From assembly GCA_013153475.1 (NCBI GenBank), contig JAADEJ010000073.1:1-60966 (forward strand): DNA of 60,966 nt, in the 5' to 3' direction. Numbering within the stretch: position 1 is the stretch's first letter; every line of letters begins with the position of its first letter. This document shows positions 29,113 through 39,383 of this stretch, piece by piece. The translations under genes and the position numbers were made by a program. This DNA comes from Campylobacterota bacterium. GTDB lineage: Bacteria; Campylobacterota; Campylobacteria; Campylobacterales; Hydrogenimonadaceae. Under the pieces are notes generated by a model. The model was not told the origin of the DNA. It worked only from the letters and a program-made list of their open reading frames with translations, and made no database searches.

Positions 29113-30405
29113 CTATTTTGACAAGCCTAACAGCTCGCGTATCACTTCCCTGTCATCAAACGGGATCTTTTGGCCGCCAATCTCCTGGTAGGTCTCATCC
29201 CCTTTGCCCAGCACCAGCAAAGCTTCCCCGGGTTGCAGGTCTGCCAACGCCTGCCTGATCGCCTCCCGCCGATCCACAATCTTAACCACCTTCTCCTTTT
29301 CATGGATCCCTTCGGCAATCTCGTCAATGATGCGGACCGGATCCTCGCTGCGGGGGTTGTCGCTGGTGAGGTAGATCTTTTTGGCCAGGCCCGCGGCGGC
29401 TGCGCCCATCTTCGGGCGCTTGGTGCGGTCCCTGTCGCCGCCGGCACCGAACACCACCCGCAATTCCTTCTCTTTCAGCGAGTCCAGCACCTGCCGAATA
29501 CCGTCTTCGGTGTGGGCGAAATCGACAATCACCAGCGGATCGTCGCTGATCTTTTCCATCCGTCCCGCCACGCCGCCGAAATTTTCGGCCGCCTCACAGA
29601 TATCGCCCAGATCCTCACCGGTGAGCAGATGAACCGCGGCGATGGCGGCGGTGATGTTGTAGAGGTTAAAGTGGCCCTGTAGCGGCGTCTCAAAGGTCGC
29701 CACCTCGTTAAAATGCTGAATCACGCCGCTGACCCCTCCGCCCAGGGTATAGGCCATCACCTTGTAGGTGGCAGGATTTTCAAGGGCGTAACCGTAGGCG
29801 TTTTTGGGGTTGAACTTCAGCGCTTCGTCATCCCGGTTGATCAGCTTTCTGCTCTCGTCGGAAAAGAAACGGCTCTTGACGGCCCGGTAGTTCTCCACCG
29901 TCTTGTGGTAATCAAGATGATCGCTGGTGACGTTGGTGTGCACTTTCAGTGAAAAGCGCAATCCGTCGATACGGTTTTGGTCAATGGCGTGGGAGCTCAC
30001 CTCCATCACAAAAAACTCCGCCCCGCGCTGTTTGGCCTCCCACAGATTGCGAATCGTCGCCAACACAGGCGGCGTGGTCAGCGACTTTTCCTCCAGCTTC
30101 TCGTCGTTGACAAAAAAGCCCCGTGTCCCCTGGAGCGCCGCCTTGTAATCCAGGTCAAGCAGTAACGAATAGATGGCCGCGGCGGTGGTGGTTTTGCCGT
30201 TGGTACCGCTGACGCCCACCACCTCCACATCCTCCAGTCCCAGCGAACGGATCAATTGGGCCGCTTCCACCAACCGCGCGCCCGCTTTGGCCGCCTCGTC
30301 GTGATAGGCGCGGTTGAGTTTGGTCGCCAAAAAGGCCCGATCCGGGCCCGCAGAGCGGCTGTCGTCGGTGACCACGCCGACATCACCCCCAAAATCGACG
30401 GTCAC
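29113..30405 (-). CDS. murE: UDP-MurNAc-tripeptide synthetase
   Basis: GTNGKTT, MEVSSH, DHLDYH, DFAHT, GAGGDRD, DNPR (DAP type). Confidence 0.96.
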   Translation of the reverse strand: MTVDFGGDVGVVTDDSRSAGPDRAFLATKLNRAYHDEAAKAGARLVEAAQLIRSLGLEDVEVVGVSGTNGKTTTAAAIYSLLLDLDYKAALQGTRGFFVNDEKLEEKSLTTPPVLATIRNLWEAKQRGAEFFVMEVSSHAIDQNRIDGLRFSLKVHTNVTSDHLDYHKTVENYRAVKSRFFSDESRKLINRDDEALKFNPKNAYGYALENPATYKVMAYTLGGGVSGVIQHFNEVATFETPLQGHFNLYNITAAIAAVHLLTGEDLGDICEAAENFGGVAGRMEKISDDPLVIVDFAHTEDGIRQVLDSLKEKELRVVFGAGGDRDRTKRPKMGAAAAGLAKKIYLTSDNPRSEDPVRIIDEIAEGIHEKEKVVKIVDRREAIRQALADLQPGEALLVLGKGDETYQEIGGQKIPFDDREVIRELLGLSK

Positions 30406-30983
30406 TTGCTCTCCTTCAGCTTATCGATCAGCTCCCTGATCTTCTCCTCGGCCGGAAAAGCCACCGCCGCCCCCTCGATGTAACGCAGCGCCATCTCGTC
30501 AAACCCGTTGTCCACCAGCCGGTTGATGAAATCGAGCAGATCCTCTTTTTCCGTGATCACCACGCGGGTAGAGAACATAATATCCTCAAAGGCACGCCGA
30601 AAACTGCCCCGCAGGGCCACCAACTCCTTGAAATCCTCGTAACCGATCCCCTCCGTCGGCTCCTCTTTCAAGTTGAGCGCCCCTTCAAGAATCTGTGAAA
30701 TCTTCTCCAACGTCCCGTCAAAGGAGTCGATCATCGACTCGATAATCGCTTCGGCCTCCTCGTTCTCTTCGCTCTTGAGCACCTGGTAATACTCAAAAAG
30801 CGCCTGTCCCTCTTCATCGTTTTCAATCGCGATATCGGTCAAAATGGCGCCGATTTTGGCCTCTTTGGAATCGGGATGGTCTTTCAAAACCAGCCCGTAA
30901 TGGCGCATCGCCTCTTCATACTCGCCTCTGTAAAAAGAGTTCTCGGCCAACTCCAGACGTTTTTGCAGTTGCGTCTCTTTCAT
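30402..30983 (-). CDS. Conserved hypothetical TPR-like acidic protein
   Basis: N-terminal TPR-like AENSFYRGEYEEA; between nifU and murE. Confidence 0.75.
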   Translation of the reverse strand: MKETQLQKRLELAENSFYRGEYEEAMRHYGLVLKDHPDSKEAKIGAILTDIAIENDEEGQALFEYYQVLKSEENEEAEAIIESMIDSFDGTLEKISQILEGALNLKEEPTEGIGYEDFKELVALRGSFRRAFEDIMFSTRVVITEKEDLLDFINRLVDNGFDEMALRYIEGAAVAFPAEEKIRELIDKLKESK

Positions 30984-30997
30984 CCTCTCTTTGACTC

Positions 30998-31276
30998 CTA
31001 ACCGATCTGGTCCCAACGATCTTCCATCCCAGACGGCACGTTCACCACCTCGATCTCGGGATGGATCTCAATCCGAATCTGCCGCTCCACACCGTACTTG
31101 AGCGTCTCTTGACTGCTGGCGCAACCCACACACGCGCCCTGTAACTGCACATAGACGCGTCCCTCCTTCACCCCAAGCAGTACGATACCGCCGCCGTCAA
31201 GGGCAAGGGAAGGACGAATCTTGTCAATCACCGCCGCCACGGCCGAAAAGAGTTCGTCGTCGGAAAACGGGATCAT
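30998..31276 (-). CDS. NifU/Nfu family Fe-S carrier
   Basis: IRPSLALDGG, LQGACVGCASS. Confidence 0.92.
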   Translation of the reverse strand: MIPFSDDELFSAVAAVIDKIRPSLALDGGGIVLLGVKEGRVYVQLQGACVGCASSQETLKYGVERQIRIEIHPEIEVVNVPSGMEDRWDQIG

Positions 31277-31385
31277 GGCGCGCTCCTCGTTGGGATGGGA
31301 AATCGCGCTAATCATAACAAAAAAGCGCTACTTTGGCAACAAAAAAAATTCAGGAAAGAAGAAGGTAGAAAAGGAGGGGATATTT

Positions 31386-31403
31386 CTTCCCCCGAAGGGG
31401 AAG
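31386..31403 (-). terminator. Hairpin at the end of the alpha operon
   Basis: CTTCCCC-TTCG-GGGGAAG just after the rplQ stop; no immediate U-tract. Confidence 0.4.
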
Positions 31404-31411
31404 CGAGAGGA

Positions 31412-31762
31412 TTATACCAGCTCGATAATCGCCATCTCCGCGGAGTCTCCGCGGCGCTGGCGTGTTTTGATGATACGGGTATATCCACCGTTGCGATCGG
31501 CATACTTGGGCGCGATCTCTTCCACCATCTTTTTGGTGGCTTTTTTGTCTTGCAGTTTGGCAAAAACGGCGCGATGCGCGTTAAAATCGCCTGCTTTGGC
31601 CCGGGTGACCATCTTCTCGAATACGCTGCGAAGCGTCTTGGCCTTGGCCAGCGTCGTTTCGATCCGACCGTGCTCGATCAGAGCGATCGAAAGGTTTTTA
31701 AGCAAAGCAGCGCGATGAGAGGAGGTACGGCTCAGTTTGCGATATCCATGTCGATGTCTCAT
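31412..31762 (-). CDS. rplQ: 50S ribosomal protein L17
   Basis: [24 protein letters not shown]. Confidence 0.98.
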   Translation of the reverse strand: MRHRHGYRKLSRTSSHRAALLKNLSIALIEHGRIETTLAKAKTLRSVFEKMVTRAKAGDFNAHRAVFAKLQDKKATKKMVEEIAPKYADRNGGYTRIIKTRQRRGDSAEMAIIELV

Positions 31763-31767
31763 CGTCT

Positions 31768-32784
31768 TTATCCTTCGTTGGTTTGGTTTTTATGCGATTC
31801 GATGCGGTTTTTGAGTTGCTCGGCCGCCTCGTCGTCCAGTTCGGTATCGACGGGGAAACCCGCCTCTTCCAGTTTCGCTTTGATCTCTTCCAGCGATTTT
31901 TTGCCCAGGTTCTTGATCTCTTTGAGTTCGTTTTCGCTCATCAGAACCAGTTCACCGATAAACTTGATACCGGCACGCTCCAAAGAGTTGAAGCTTCTGG
32001 CGCTCAGGCCCAGGGCGTCGAGGCCTTGCATCAGTTTTTTGACAATCGGCGCCTCTTCGGTCTTGGCCGCGGTATCGGCGGCCACGTCGATGTCAAGAAT
32101 ATTGTTGAAGACACTCATCTGGCGATACATCACCTCGATGGTGTGTTTAAACGCCGTCACCGGGTCGATCTGCCCGTCGGTCTCGATATCGAAAACGATC
32201 TTCTCGTAGTTGGGATTGTCCTCAACCAGCATATTCTCGATGGTGTAGTTGGCGGCACGCACCGGCGTAAAGAACGCATCCAGCGCGATGTAGCCTTCCG
32301 GTAACGCGTCGCGCAGATCTTCACTGGGCACATAGCCGATACCCTGATGAATGAGAATACTGAAGTTGAGTTCGGCGTCTTCGTTGAGGGTGGCCAGAAA
32401 ACCGTCGGGCGTAACCACTTCCACCTGGTCGTTGGCCAGGTCGGCGCCGGTAATCTCCATCGGGCCGCTGAAGCTGTAGCTCACTTCCACCTCTTTCTCA
32501 TCTCCCTTGATTTTAAATCGCAGGTTCTTGAGATTGATGATGAAAACCGCCACATCCTCAAGCATACCGCGGATGGAATCAAATTCGTGCGAGGCCCCTT
32601 CGATTTTGATGCCGATCGGCGCGTATCCGATGGTGCTGCCCAACAGCAGCCTGCGGATCGGATGGGCCAAAGAGACCGCGTACCCCGTCTCGAAGGGGTA
32701 GGCGACAATGCGCATCCGGTTCTCTCCGGTCTGCTCGATCTCGACCTCGCTCGGCATAAAGGGTGATGTTTTGATTCGTTTCAT
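31768..32784 (-). CDS. rpoA: RNA polymerase alpha subunit
   Basis: [31 protein letters not shown]. Confidence 0.97.
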   Translation of the reverse strand: MKRIKTSPFMPSEVEIEQTGENRMRIVAYPFETGYAVSLAHPIRRLLLGSTIGYAPIGIKIEGASHEFDSIRGMLEDVAVFIINLKNLRFKIKGDEKEVEVSYSFSGPMEITGADLANDQVEVVTPDGFLATLNEDAELNFSILIHQGIGYVPSEDLRDALPEGYIALDAFFTPVRAANYTIENMLVEDNPNYEKIVFDIETDGQIDPVTAFKHTIEVMYRQMSVFNNILDIDVAADTAAKTEEAPIVKKLMQGLDALGLSARSFNSLERAGIKFIGELVLMSENELKEIKNLGKKSLEEIKAKLEEAGFPVDTELDDEAAEQLKNRIESHKNQTNEG

Positions 32785-32804
32785 GGGCAACTCGCTTATG
32801 GGTT

Positions 32805-33431
32805 TTATTTGCTGTAAAGCTCGACGATCAGACGCTCTTCTACAGGAATAACGACCTCTTCACGTTCGGGGATCCGGGTAAAGATGCCGAATACTTTGTC
32901 GTGATCCACGTCAACCCACGGGGCGATACCGGTTTGACGGGTCAACTCCATGGCCCGCTGGATCTGCGGATTGTTTTTACTCTTTTCGCGAATCTCGATC
33001 TTCTGACCGGGTTTGACGCGGTAGGAGGGAATGTTGACCCGTTTGCCGTCAACAAGCACGTGACCGTGGGTTACCAATTGGCGTGCAAACGCGCGGGTCG
33101 TGGCAAATCCCATCCGATAAACCACGTTGTCCAGCCGGCGCTCCAGCAGGGCGATCAGGTTCTCCCCGGTGTTGCCGTCCATGCGGCTGGCGTCTTTGAA
33201 AAGTCGGCGGAATTGCTTCTCCGCGACACCGTACATATACTTGGCTTTCTGTTTCTCGCGCAGTTGCAGGCCGTACTGGCTGATTTTCGCGCGTCTTTGT
33301 CCATGCTGACCGGGTGCGTAGGGGCGTTTGTCCAGGGCGCTCTTGCCCGCCAGACGTCTTTCACCCTTGAGTCCGAGACTCACACCCAGGCGGCGTTCGA
33401 TCTTCTCTACAGGTCCTCTATATCGTGCCAT
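32805..33431 (-). CDS. rpsD: 30S ribosomal protein S4
   Basis: [18 protein letters not shown]. Confidence 0.98.
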   Translation of the reverse strand: MARYRGPVEKIERRLGVSLGLKGERRLAGKSALDKRPYAPGQHGQRRAKISQYGLQLREKQKAKYMYGVAEKQFRRLFKDASRMDGNTGENLIALLERRLDNVVYRMGFATTRAFARQLVTHGHVLVDGKRVNIPSYRVKPGQKIEIREKSKNNPQIQRAMELTRQTGIAPWVDVDHDKVFGIFTRIPEREEVVIPVEERLIVELYSK

Positions 33432-33440
33432 CTCGTCCCC

Positions 33441-33833
33441 TTATACTCGTCGTCGTTTCGGCGGTCTACAGCCGTTATGCGGAAGCGGTGTGATATCTTT
33501 GAACCACATCACGCGAATGCCCTCAATAGCGCCGACACTCTTTACAGCCGTTTCGCGGCCGCTGCCGGGGCCCTGCACTTTGATGCCCACCTCTTTGATG
33601 CCGTGTTCCATCGCTTTGGCCATGGCGTCTTCCACTGCCTGCTGGGCGGCGTAAGGGGTCGATTTTTTGCTACCTTTGAAACCGAGTGAACCGGCACTGC
33701 TCCAGGCAATGACGTTACCGGCTTCGTCGGTGACGGTAATGACCGTGTTGTTATAGGTTGCCGTAATATAGACAACGCCACGGGCGATATTCTTTTTGAC
33801 GACCTTTTTTCTGGTTGCTTTACGTTTTGCCAC
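33441..33833 (-). CDS. rpsK: 30S ribosomal protein S11
   Basis: [29 protein letters not shown]. Confidence 0.98.
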   Translation of the reverse strand: MAKRKATRKKVVKKNIARGVVYITATYNNTVITVTDEAGNVIAWSSAGSLGFKGSKKSTPYAAQQAVEDAMAKAMEHGIKEVGIKVQGPGSGRETAVKSVGAIEGIRVMWFKDITPLPHNGCRPPKRRRV

Positions 33834-33843
33834 GTGCTACTCC

Positions 33844-34212
33844 TTACTTGCTTGCCGCGCCGACGGTTTTACGCTTACCCTTGCGGGTGCGGGCGTTGGT
33901 CTTGGTTTTCTGACCCCGTACGGGCAGTCCGCGCCGATGGCGAAGGCCGCGGTAGTTCCCCAGGTCCATCAGAGCTTTGATGTCCATGGCCACTTTTTTC
34001 CGCAGATCCCCTTCCACCATGTAGTTTTCCTGGATCTCTTTGCGGATGGCCGCCGCCTCTTCTTCGCTCAGTTCATAGACGCGCTTGTCATAGCTGATAC
34101 CGGTCGCGTCCAGAATTTTGCGGGATGTGGTGAGGCCGATGCCGTAGATGTATGTCAGCGCATACTCCATCCGTTTCTTCTTGGGAAGATCAACACCTGC
34201 AATACGTGCCAT
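33844..34212 (-). CDS. rpsM: 30S ribosomal protein S13
   Basis: [25 protein letters not shown]. Confidence 0.98.
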   Translation of the reverse strand: MARIAGVDLPKKKRMEYALTYIYGIGLTTSRKILDATGISYDKRVYELSEEEAAAIRKEIQENYMVEGDLRKKVAMDIKALMDLGNYRGLRHRRGLPVRGQKTKTNARTRKGKRKTVGAASK

Positions 34213-34215
34213 CTT

Positions 34216-34329
34216 TTATCCTTGTCTCTGTTTGTGTTTGGGGTTGACACAGATGACGCGAACAATGCCTTTGCGTTTGATGATCTTGCATTTGTCGCAC
34301 ATCTTCTTAACCGAAGGTCTGACTTTCAT
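34216..34329 (-). CDS. rpmJ: 50S ribosomal protein L36 (Zn type), 37 aa; not in ORF track
   Basis: Manual translation [37 protein letters not shown]. Confidence 0.98.
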   Translation of the reverse strand: MKVRPSVKKMCDKCKIIKRKGIVRVICVNPKHKQRQG

Positions 34330-34746
34330 TATTGACTCCTTTACACGCCAAAACGGCAAAGCCGCTTTGACTACGATGACTCTGCGTCCGCTTCGGCAGC
34401 GGGCCCGCCGCGCTGGCGCGGCTTCGATGAAAGGCGCTTCGCTTTTTCATCAGTAGAGGCGAAACATGCCTCTTATGGGACAGACACAGAGCAACGCATA
34501 CCTGTAAACCTTGAGCGACTGTAAAGAAACAGCAAGAAGCGGTACATACGCCGTGAAAGCGACGGTCTGCCCGCTCCCCGCTACCTGTTACCCGCTCAAA
34601 AAACCGCCTTCGCGGTTTTGCACTGAACAACAAACCCAAAATTTTGGAATTTGTCCCCGAAACAGGTTTGGCGAATGTCTGCCAAACCGACCCTTGCATA
34701 AGCAGTGCGCCTTATGCAAAACTCCTTCACGTAGATGGAAAAGGGG
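34330..34746 (-). ncRNA. Putative large structured leader RNA of the rpmJ-alpha operon
   Basis: About 10 stems, including a 16-bp G.U-rich helix and an 11-bp long-range helix; no credible ORF; promoter just upstream. Confidence 0.6.
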
Positions 34747-34751
34747 ATGGA

Positions 34752-34763
34752 ATGATACCTTAA
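34752..34763 (-). promoter_or_regulatory. Promoter (ttaaggTATCAT) just downstream of the infA stop
   Basis: -10-like TATCAT at 34757-34752 with an epsilonproteobacterial-type TTAAG upstream. Confidence 0.55.
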
Positions 34764-34776
34764 GCCAACTTACAGG

Positions 34777-34995
34777 TCACTTATACCGATAGGTTATGCG
34801 ACCTTTGTCGAGGCTGTAGGGCGTCAACTCCACTTTCACCCTGTCACCGGGAAGGATTCGGATATAGTGCATACGCATCTTGCCGGCGATATGACACAAA
34901 ATCACGTGCCCGTTGTCCAACTCCACCCGAAAGGTCGCGTTGGGCAGGGCTTCGATCACCTTGCCGTCAATCTCGATTACATCATCTTTTGCCAT
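34777..34995 (-). CDS. infA: Translation initiation factor IF-1
   Basis: [27 protein letters not shown]. Confidence 0.98.
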   Translation of the reverse strand: MAKDDVIEIDGKVIEALPNATFRVELDNGHVILCHIAGKMRMHYIRILPGDRVKVELTPYSLDKGRITYRYK

Positions 34996-35004
34996 TTTCT
35001 CTCC

Positions 35005-35763
35005 TTAGGGTTGCGAAAGTATTTCCGCTTTGCCGTCAATGACGGCCACCGTATGTTCATAGTGGCTGGTGCGTTTGCCGTCTTCGCTCACCACCGACCA
35101 CTTATCCTCCAAAATCCTGGGCACGCCGCTCTTTTGGCAGATCATCGGCTCAATGCAAAAGACCATGCCGTTTTTGATTTTGGGCCCGCTCTTGGGTGAG
35201 CCGTGTTCAAGATAGTTGGGGATCTCCGGCTCCTCGTGGGGCTTGCGCCCGATACCGTGCCCGCAAAAGTTGAGCAAAGGCTTATATCCCCGCCCTTCGA
35301 TAAAACGCTGAAGTTCCAGGCTGAGCTCTTTGAAGCGCAATCCGGGTTTGATCACGTCAATGGCGTGATAAAGGGCCTCTTTGGCGCACATGATCAGTCG
35401 TTCATCTTCCTCGCTGACACCGCCGATCGGCATGGTGACGGCCGCGTCACCGTACCAGCCGTTTACCTCGGTACCGATATCCAGCCCCAGGATATCGCCC
35501 TCTTTGACAACCGTATCGTCGGGAATACCGTGGATAATCACTTCGTTCAAAGAGGTGCAGACGGCGGCGGGAAAACCGTAGAGGCCTTTGAAGGAGGGGC
35601 GGGCACCCTGTTTGCGCAAAAAGGCCTCACCCATGGCGTCGATCTCTTTGAGTGTCATGCCGGGTTTGACACTCTCTTGCAAATAGGCGAGGGTCTCGCC
35701 CACAATGCGGTTGGCGACACGAAGTTTTTCGATGTCGCCCCGCTTGCGGATGGCAATACCCAT
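35005..35763 (-). CDS. map: Methionine aminopeptidase type I
   Basis: HGIP, D...D, CGHGIG..PHEEP, IEPM, HYEHT. Confidence 0.97.
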   Translation of the reverse strand: MGIAIRKRGDIEKLRVANRIVGETLAYLQESVKPGMTLKEIDAMGEAFLRKQGARPSFKGLYGFPAAVCTSLNEVIIHGIPDDTVVKEGDILGLDIGTEVNGWYGDAAVTMPIGGVSEEDERLIMCAKEALYHAIDVIKPGLRFKELSLELQRFIEGRGYKPLLNFCGHGIGRKPHEEPEIPNYLEHGSPKSGPKIKNGMVFCIEPMICQKSGVPRILEDKWSVVSEDGKRTSHYEHTVAVIDGKAEILSQP

Positions 35764-37025
35764 CAGAGCCCTACCGCGCTGAGCGTTTCATATTTGCTCA
35801 TGTAGATCTGGGCTTCGATCTTTCGCATGGTATCCAGGGCCACCTGCACCACGATCAGCACCGCGGTGCCGCCGAAGTAGAAGGGAACCCCCATGCTCTT
35901 GACCAAAACCCAGGGAAGCGTGGAGATGATGGCCAGGTAGATCGCCCCCCAGAAGGTCAGGCGACTGGCCACTTCGTTCAAAAACTCCGCCGTACTCTCA
36001 CCGGGCCGTACGCCGGGAATAAAGCCGCCCTGGCGTTTGAGGTTGTCGGCGATATCCTTGGCGTTAAAGACAATGGAAGCATAGAAGTAGGCAAAGAAGA
36101 TTACCAACAGGAACATCATGATGTTGAAGGTGTAACTGTTGGGGTTGAGAAAATCGGAAATTTTCTGGATGATCGGGTTGGTCGATGCCTGCAGAATAGT
36201 GCTGGGGAACATCAAAATCGCTGAGGCGAAGATGGGCGGAATAACGCCTGAGAGGTTCAGCTTGATGGGAATATAGTTCATCACCCGCTTGTTCTGGTTT
36301 TGCATCATCACCTTGCGCGAATAGCTCACCGGCACCCGCCGTTCCCCCAGTTCCACATAGATAATGAAGCCGACGGTGGCGATGATGATGGCAAGAATCG
36401 CCAACACGACCAGGAAGTTGAGCTCACCGGTGTTGACCAGGTTGATCGTTCCGCCGATGGCGGTAGGAATGGAGCTCACAATTCCGGCGAAGATAATGAG
36501 CGAGATACCGTTGCCCACACCCCGCTGGGTGATCTGCTCACCGATCCACATCAAAAGCATTGTACCCGTCAACATCGAAAAGGCCGCCATAATGATGAAT
36601 GTGGTCGAGTCGATCATGATGGCGCTCTCACCGCCCCGGCCTGTCAGGCTTTGCAGTCCGATGGCCACACCCACGGCCTGAACCAGCGTAATGGCGATGG
36701 TGGCGTAGCGGATGATCTGCATATACTTGGTCATACCGTCACGCTCTTTTTTCATTTTGGCCAATTCGGGAAAGGTTGCGGCGAGAAGTTCCATAATAAT
36801 GGAGGCGGTGATATAGGGCATGATACCCAGGGAGATGATACTCAGGCGCCGGACGGCGTTACCGCTGAACATATTGACCATGCCCAGGGCGTTGTTGGCG
36901 TTGGAATCGAAAAACTCTTTGATGACATCCACGTTGACACCCGGAACCGGCACGTAGGCCAGAATCCGGTATGCCAACAAAAATCCCAGCGTAATGAGGA
37001 TTTTGTTGACCAATGACTTTGTCAT
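35763..37025 (-). CDS. secY: Preprotein translocase SecY
   Basis: LGIMPYITASII, GVGNGISL, IPGVRPG. Confidence 0.98.
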   Translation of the reverse strand: MTKSLVNKILITLGFLLAYRILAYVPVPGVNVDVIKEFFDSNANNALGMVNMFSGNAVRRLSIISLGIMPYITASIIMELLAATFPELAKMKKERDGMTKYMQIIRYATIAITLVQAVGVAIGLQSLTGRGGESAIMIDSTTFIIMAAFSMLTGTMLLMWIGEQITQRGVGNGISLIIFAGIVSSIPTAIGGTINLVNTGELNFLVVLAILAIIIATVGFIIYVELGERRVPVSYSRKVMMQNQNKRVMNYIPIKLNLSGVIPPIFASAILMFPSTILQASTNPIIQKISDFLNPNSYTFNIMMFLLVIFFAYFYASIVFNAKDIADNLKRQGGFIPGVRPGESTAEFLNEVASRLTFWGAIYLAIISTLPWVLVKSMGVPFYFGGTAVLIVVQVALDTMRKIEAQIYMSKYETLSAVGL

Positions 37026-37027
37026 GG

Positions 37028-37426
37028 TTATTTTCCGCTGGTGGTGATTCGCTCGTCTTTGATTTTGGCGGCAAGCTCGCGGGCTGCTTTGCCGATCAAT
37101 TTAACGCGCTTGTGCTGGCCCTTGATCTTGTGAACGGTCGCAAGGGTCTCCATGGTGATCTCGTCCAGCTCGGCAATGGCGGGAAAGCGCTCGACGTTGA
37201 TAACGTAGGGCTTTTCCACCTTGGAGCGGAAGCCGACCTTCGGAAGACGGCGCTGGATGGGCTGCTGACCGCCCTCGAAACCGCGCTTTTGCTTGTAGCC
37301 GGTCCGCGCTTTTTGGCCTTTGTTGCCGCGGGTGGCCGTTTTGCCCATCCCGCTGCCCTGACCGCGACCGACACGTTTGCGGTTTTTGGTACTGCCGGGT
37401 GCGTTGGTAAGATTGTGCAGTGACAT
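37028..37426 (-). CDS. rplO: 50S ribosomal protein L15
   Basis: [18 protein letters not shown]. Confidence 0.97.
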   Translation of the reverse strand: MSLHNLTNAPGSTKNRKRVGRGQGSGMGKTATRGNKGQKARTGYKQKRGFEGGQQPIQRRLPKVGFRSKVEKPYVINVERFPAIAELDEITMETLATVHKIKGQHKRVKLIGKAARELAAKIKDERITTSGK

Positions 37427-37429
37427 CGC

Positions 37430-37876
37430 TTATCCTTTGATGCGGCTCAACGCCTCAACCGTGGCGCGAACCAGGTTGTTGGGATTGTTGGAGCCGAGAG
37501 ATTTGGCCAGAATATCCTTCACGCCGGCCAGTTCCAAAACGGGACGCGCGGCACCACCGGCGATAACCCCGGTACCTTCGCTGGCCGGTTTGAGCAGGAT
37601 GCGGCTGGCGTTGTATTTGTGCTCGATATCGTGGGCGATGGTCGAACCCTTGAGGTTCACCTTCACCAGGTTTTTGAACGCCTCGTCGATCCCCTTGCGA
37701 ATCGCGTCGGGCACCTCTTTGGCTTTACCCATACCGAAACCTACCGTTCCGTTGCGGTCGCCCACAACAACCAGAGCGGTAAACCGGAAGCGGCGACCGC
37801 CCTTGACGACTTTCGTGACACGGCCGATGTTGACGATGACCTCTTCGAAGTCTTCTCTGTTAATATTTTCCATCAT
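37430..37876 (-). CDS. rpsE: 30S ribosomal protein S5
   Basis: [20 protein letters not shown]; start 37876 or 37873. Confidence 0.97.
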   Translation of the reverse strand: MMENINREDFEEVIVNIGRVTKVVKGGRRFRFTALVVVGDRNGTVGFGMGKAKEVPDAIRKGIDEAFKNLVKVNLKGSTIAHDIEHKYNASRILLKPASEGTGVIAGGAARPVLELAGVKDILAKSLGSNNPNNLVRATVEALSRIKG

Positions 37877-37883
37877 GCTACCC

Positions 37884-38240
37884 TTACACCTTGATTCCGT
37901 TTTCACGCAAAGCGTCGGCGAATGCCGCGACCACACCGTGATAGATATAACCGTTGCGATCGAAAACCGCTGTCTCCAGACCCTTCTCTTTCATCTTGGA
38001 AGCCAGAGCCTCGGCCACTTTGGCCGCCGCCTCTTTGTTGGCTTTCAGCCCCATGGCGCGTCCGTCCGCGGCGGCCAGCGTGTGGCCGGCCGTATCGTCG
38101 ATCGCCTGGGCATAGATGTGTTTGTTGGAGCGGAAAATGGTGACGCGCGGCTTTTCGGCGGTACCGAAAATCTTGCCGCGTACGCGGGCTTTCCGTTTGG
38201 CGCGCTGCGCGTTTTTCTTCAAAAGCAGTGTTCTGTTCAT
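37884..38240 (-). CDS. rplR: 50S ribosomal protein L18
   Basis: [19 protein letters not shown]. Confidence 0.97.
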   Translation of the reverse strand: MNRTLLLKKNAQRAKRKARVRGKIFGTAEKPRVTIFRSNKHIYAQAIDDTAGHTLAAADGRAMGLKANKEAAAKVAEALASKMKEKGLETAVFDRNGYIYHGVVAAFADALRENGIKV

Positions 38241-38249
38241 TTTCTACCC

Positions 38250-38783
38250 TTACTTACCTGTTTTACCGGCTTTGCGGAGAATCACTTCATCCACATACTT
38301 CACGCCCTTGCCTTTGTAGGGCTCCGGCGGACGGAAGGCGCGAATCTCGGCGGCTACCTGACCGACTTTCTGTTTGTCGGTACCCTTGACGCTGATGATG
38401 TTCTTCTCCACGGCGATCTCGATACCGTCGGGAATGTTGTAGATAACCGGGTGCGAAAAGCCCAGTTGAAGCTCCAGCGTCTTGCCTTTGACAGCCGCGC
38501 GATAACCGACCCCGTTGATCTCCAGTTTCTTTTCAAAACCCTGGGTCAGGCCGATGATCATGTTCTGCGTCAGCGCCCGGTAGGTTCCCCAGAAAGCGCT
38601 ACTGGCTTTGTCCTCACCTTTGCGGTGAAAGATGATCTCTTTATCCGTAACCTCGATCGCCACGCGGCCGTGGGTATCGAGCCGCTTGACATCTTTGCCT
38701 TTGGAAACGACAACTTCTGTACCCTCGACCTTCACGTCCACGCCGGCCGGGATATCAATCGGTTTCTTTCCTATACGTGACAT
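38250..38783 (-). CDS. rplF: 50S ribosomal protein L6
   Basis: [18 protein letters not shown]. Confidence 0.98.
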   Translation of the reverse strand: MSRIGKKPIDIPAGVDVKVEGTEVVVSKGKDVKRLDTHGRVAIEVTDKEIIFHRKGEDKASSAFWGTYRALTQNMIIGLTQGFEKKLEINGVGYRAAVKGKTLELQLGFSHPVIYNIPDGIEIAVEKNIISVKGTDKQKVGQVAAEIRAFRPPEPYKGKGVKYVDEVILRKAGKTGK

Positions 38784-38792
38784 TTTCTTTCC

Positions 38793-39188
38793 TTACCAGA
38801 TGCTACAAAGCACTTCGCCGCCGATGCCGCGCTTGTACGCCTCATCATTGGCCAGTACGCCCTGAGATGTGCTGACGACAATGGTGCCGTAGCCGTTTTT
38901 GAAGCGTTTGATCTCCTCTTTACCCTTGTAGACACGGCGGCCGGGTTTGGAGATACGCTTGACTTCGTTGATGACGCTGCGGCCGTCTTCATCGTACTTG
39001 AGTACCACATTGATACTCTTTTTGCCGTCGTTGTCAACCACTTTGTAACTTTCGATGTAACCTTTTTCCTGAAAAATCTTCATGATCGCTTCGATCATTT
39101 TGCTGTACATCAGGTTGGTCACTTCCAGCCGCCGCATTGATGCGTTTCTGATACGCGTCAAAGAGTCTGCAATCAGATCGTTCACCAT
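38793..39188 (-). CDS. rpsH: 30S ribosomal protein S8
   Basis: [22 protein letters not shown]. Confidence 0.98.
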   Translation of the reverse strand: MVNDLIADSLTRIRNASMRRLEVTNLMYSKMIEAIMKIFQEKGYIESYKVVDNDGKKSINVVLKYDEDGRSVINEVKRISKPGRRVYKGKEEIKRFKNGYGTIVVSTSQGVLANDEAYKRGIGGEVLCSIW

Positions 39189-39197
39189 GCTATCTCC

Positions 39198-39383
39198 TTA
39201 CCAGCTTGCTTTTTTGACGCCAGGAAGAAGACCTTCGCTAGCCATTTTGCGCAGACAGACCCGGCAGATGCCGAAGTCCCTGTACACCGAGTGCGGACGG
39301 CCGCAGATGTTGCAGCGCGTATAGGCACGGACTTTGAATTTGGGTTTTCGCTGTTGCTTGGCAATCATCGATTTTTTAGCCAT
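39198..39383 (-). CDS. rpsN: 30S ribosomal protein S14 type Z
   Basis: MAKKSMIAK...RCNICGR...ICRVCLR...KASW. Confidence 0.97.
   Translation of the reverse strand: MAKKSMIAKQQRKPKFKVRAYTRCNICGRPHSVYRDFGICRVCLRKMASEGLLPGVKKASW

Noticed and set aside
34426-34455. CUGAUGA on the - strand suggesting a hammerhead ribozyme core
   Set aside because: The GAUGA bases are part of the GAUGAAA/UUUCAUC hairpin, and the downstream GAAA and stem III/UH arrangement is absent.
34307-34792. 130-aa (-) and 93-aa (+) ORFs in the infA-rpmJ gap
   Set aside because: They overlap rpmJ or infA, lack an SD and have atypical composition. The region is better explained by RNA structure.
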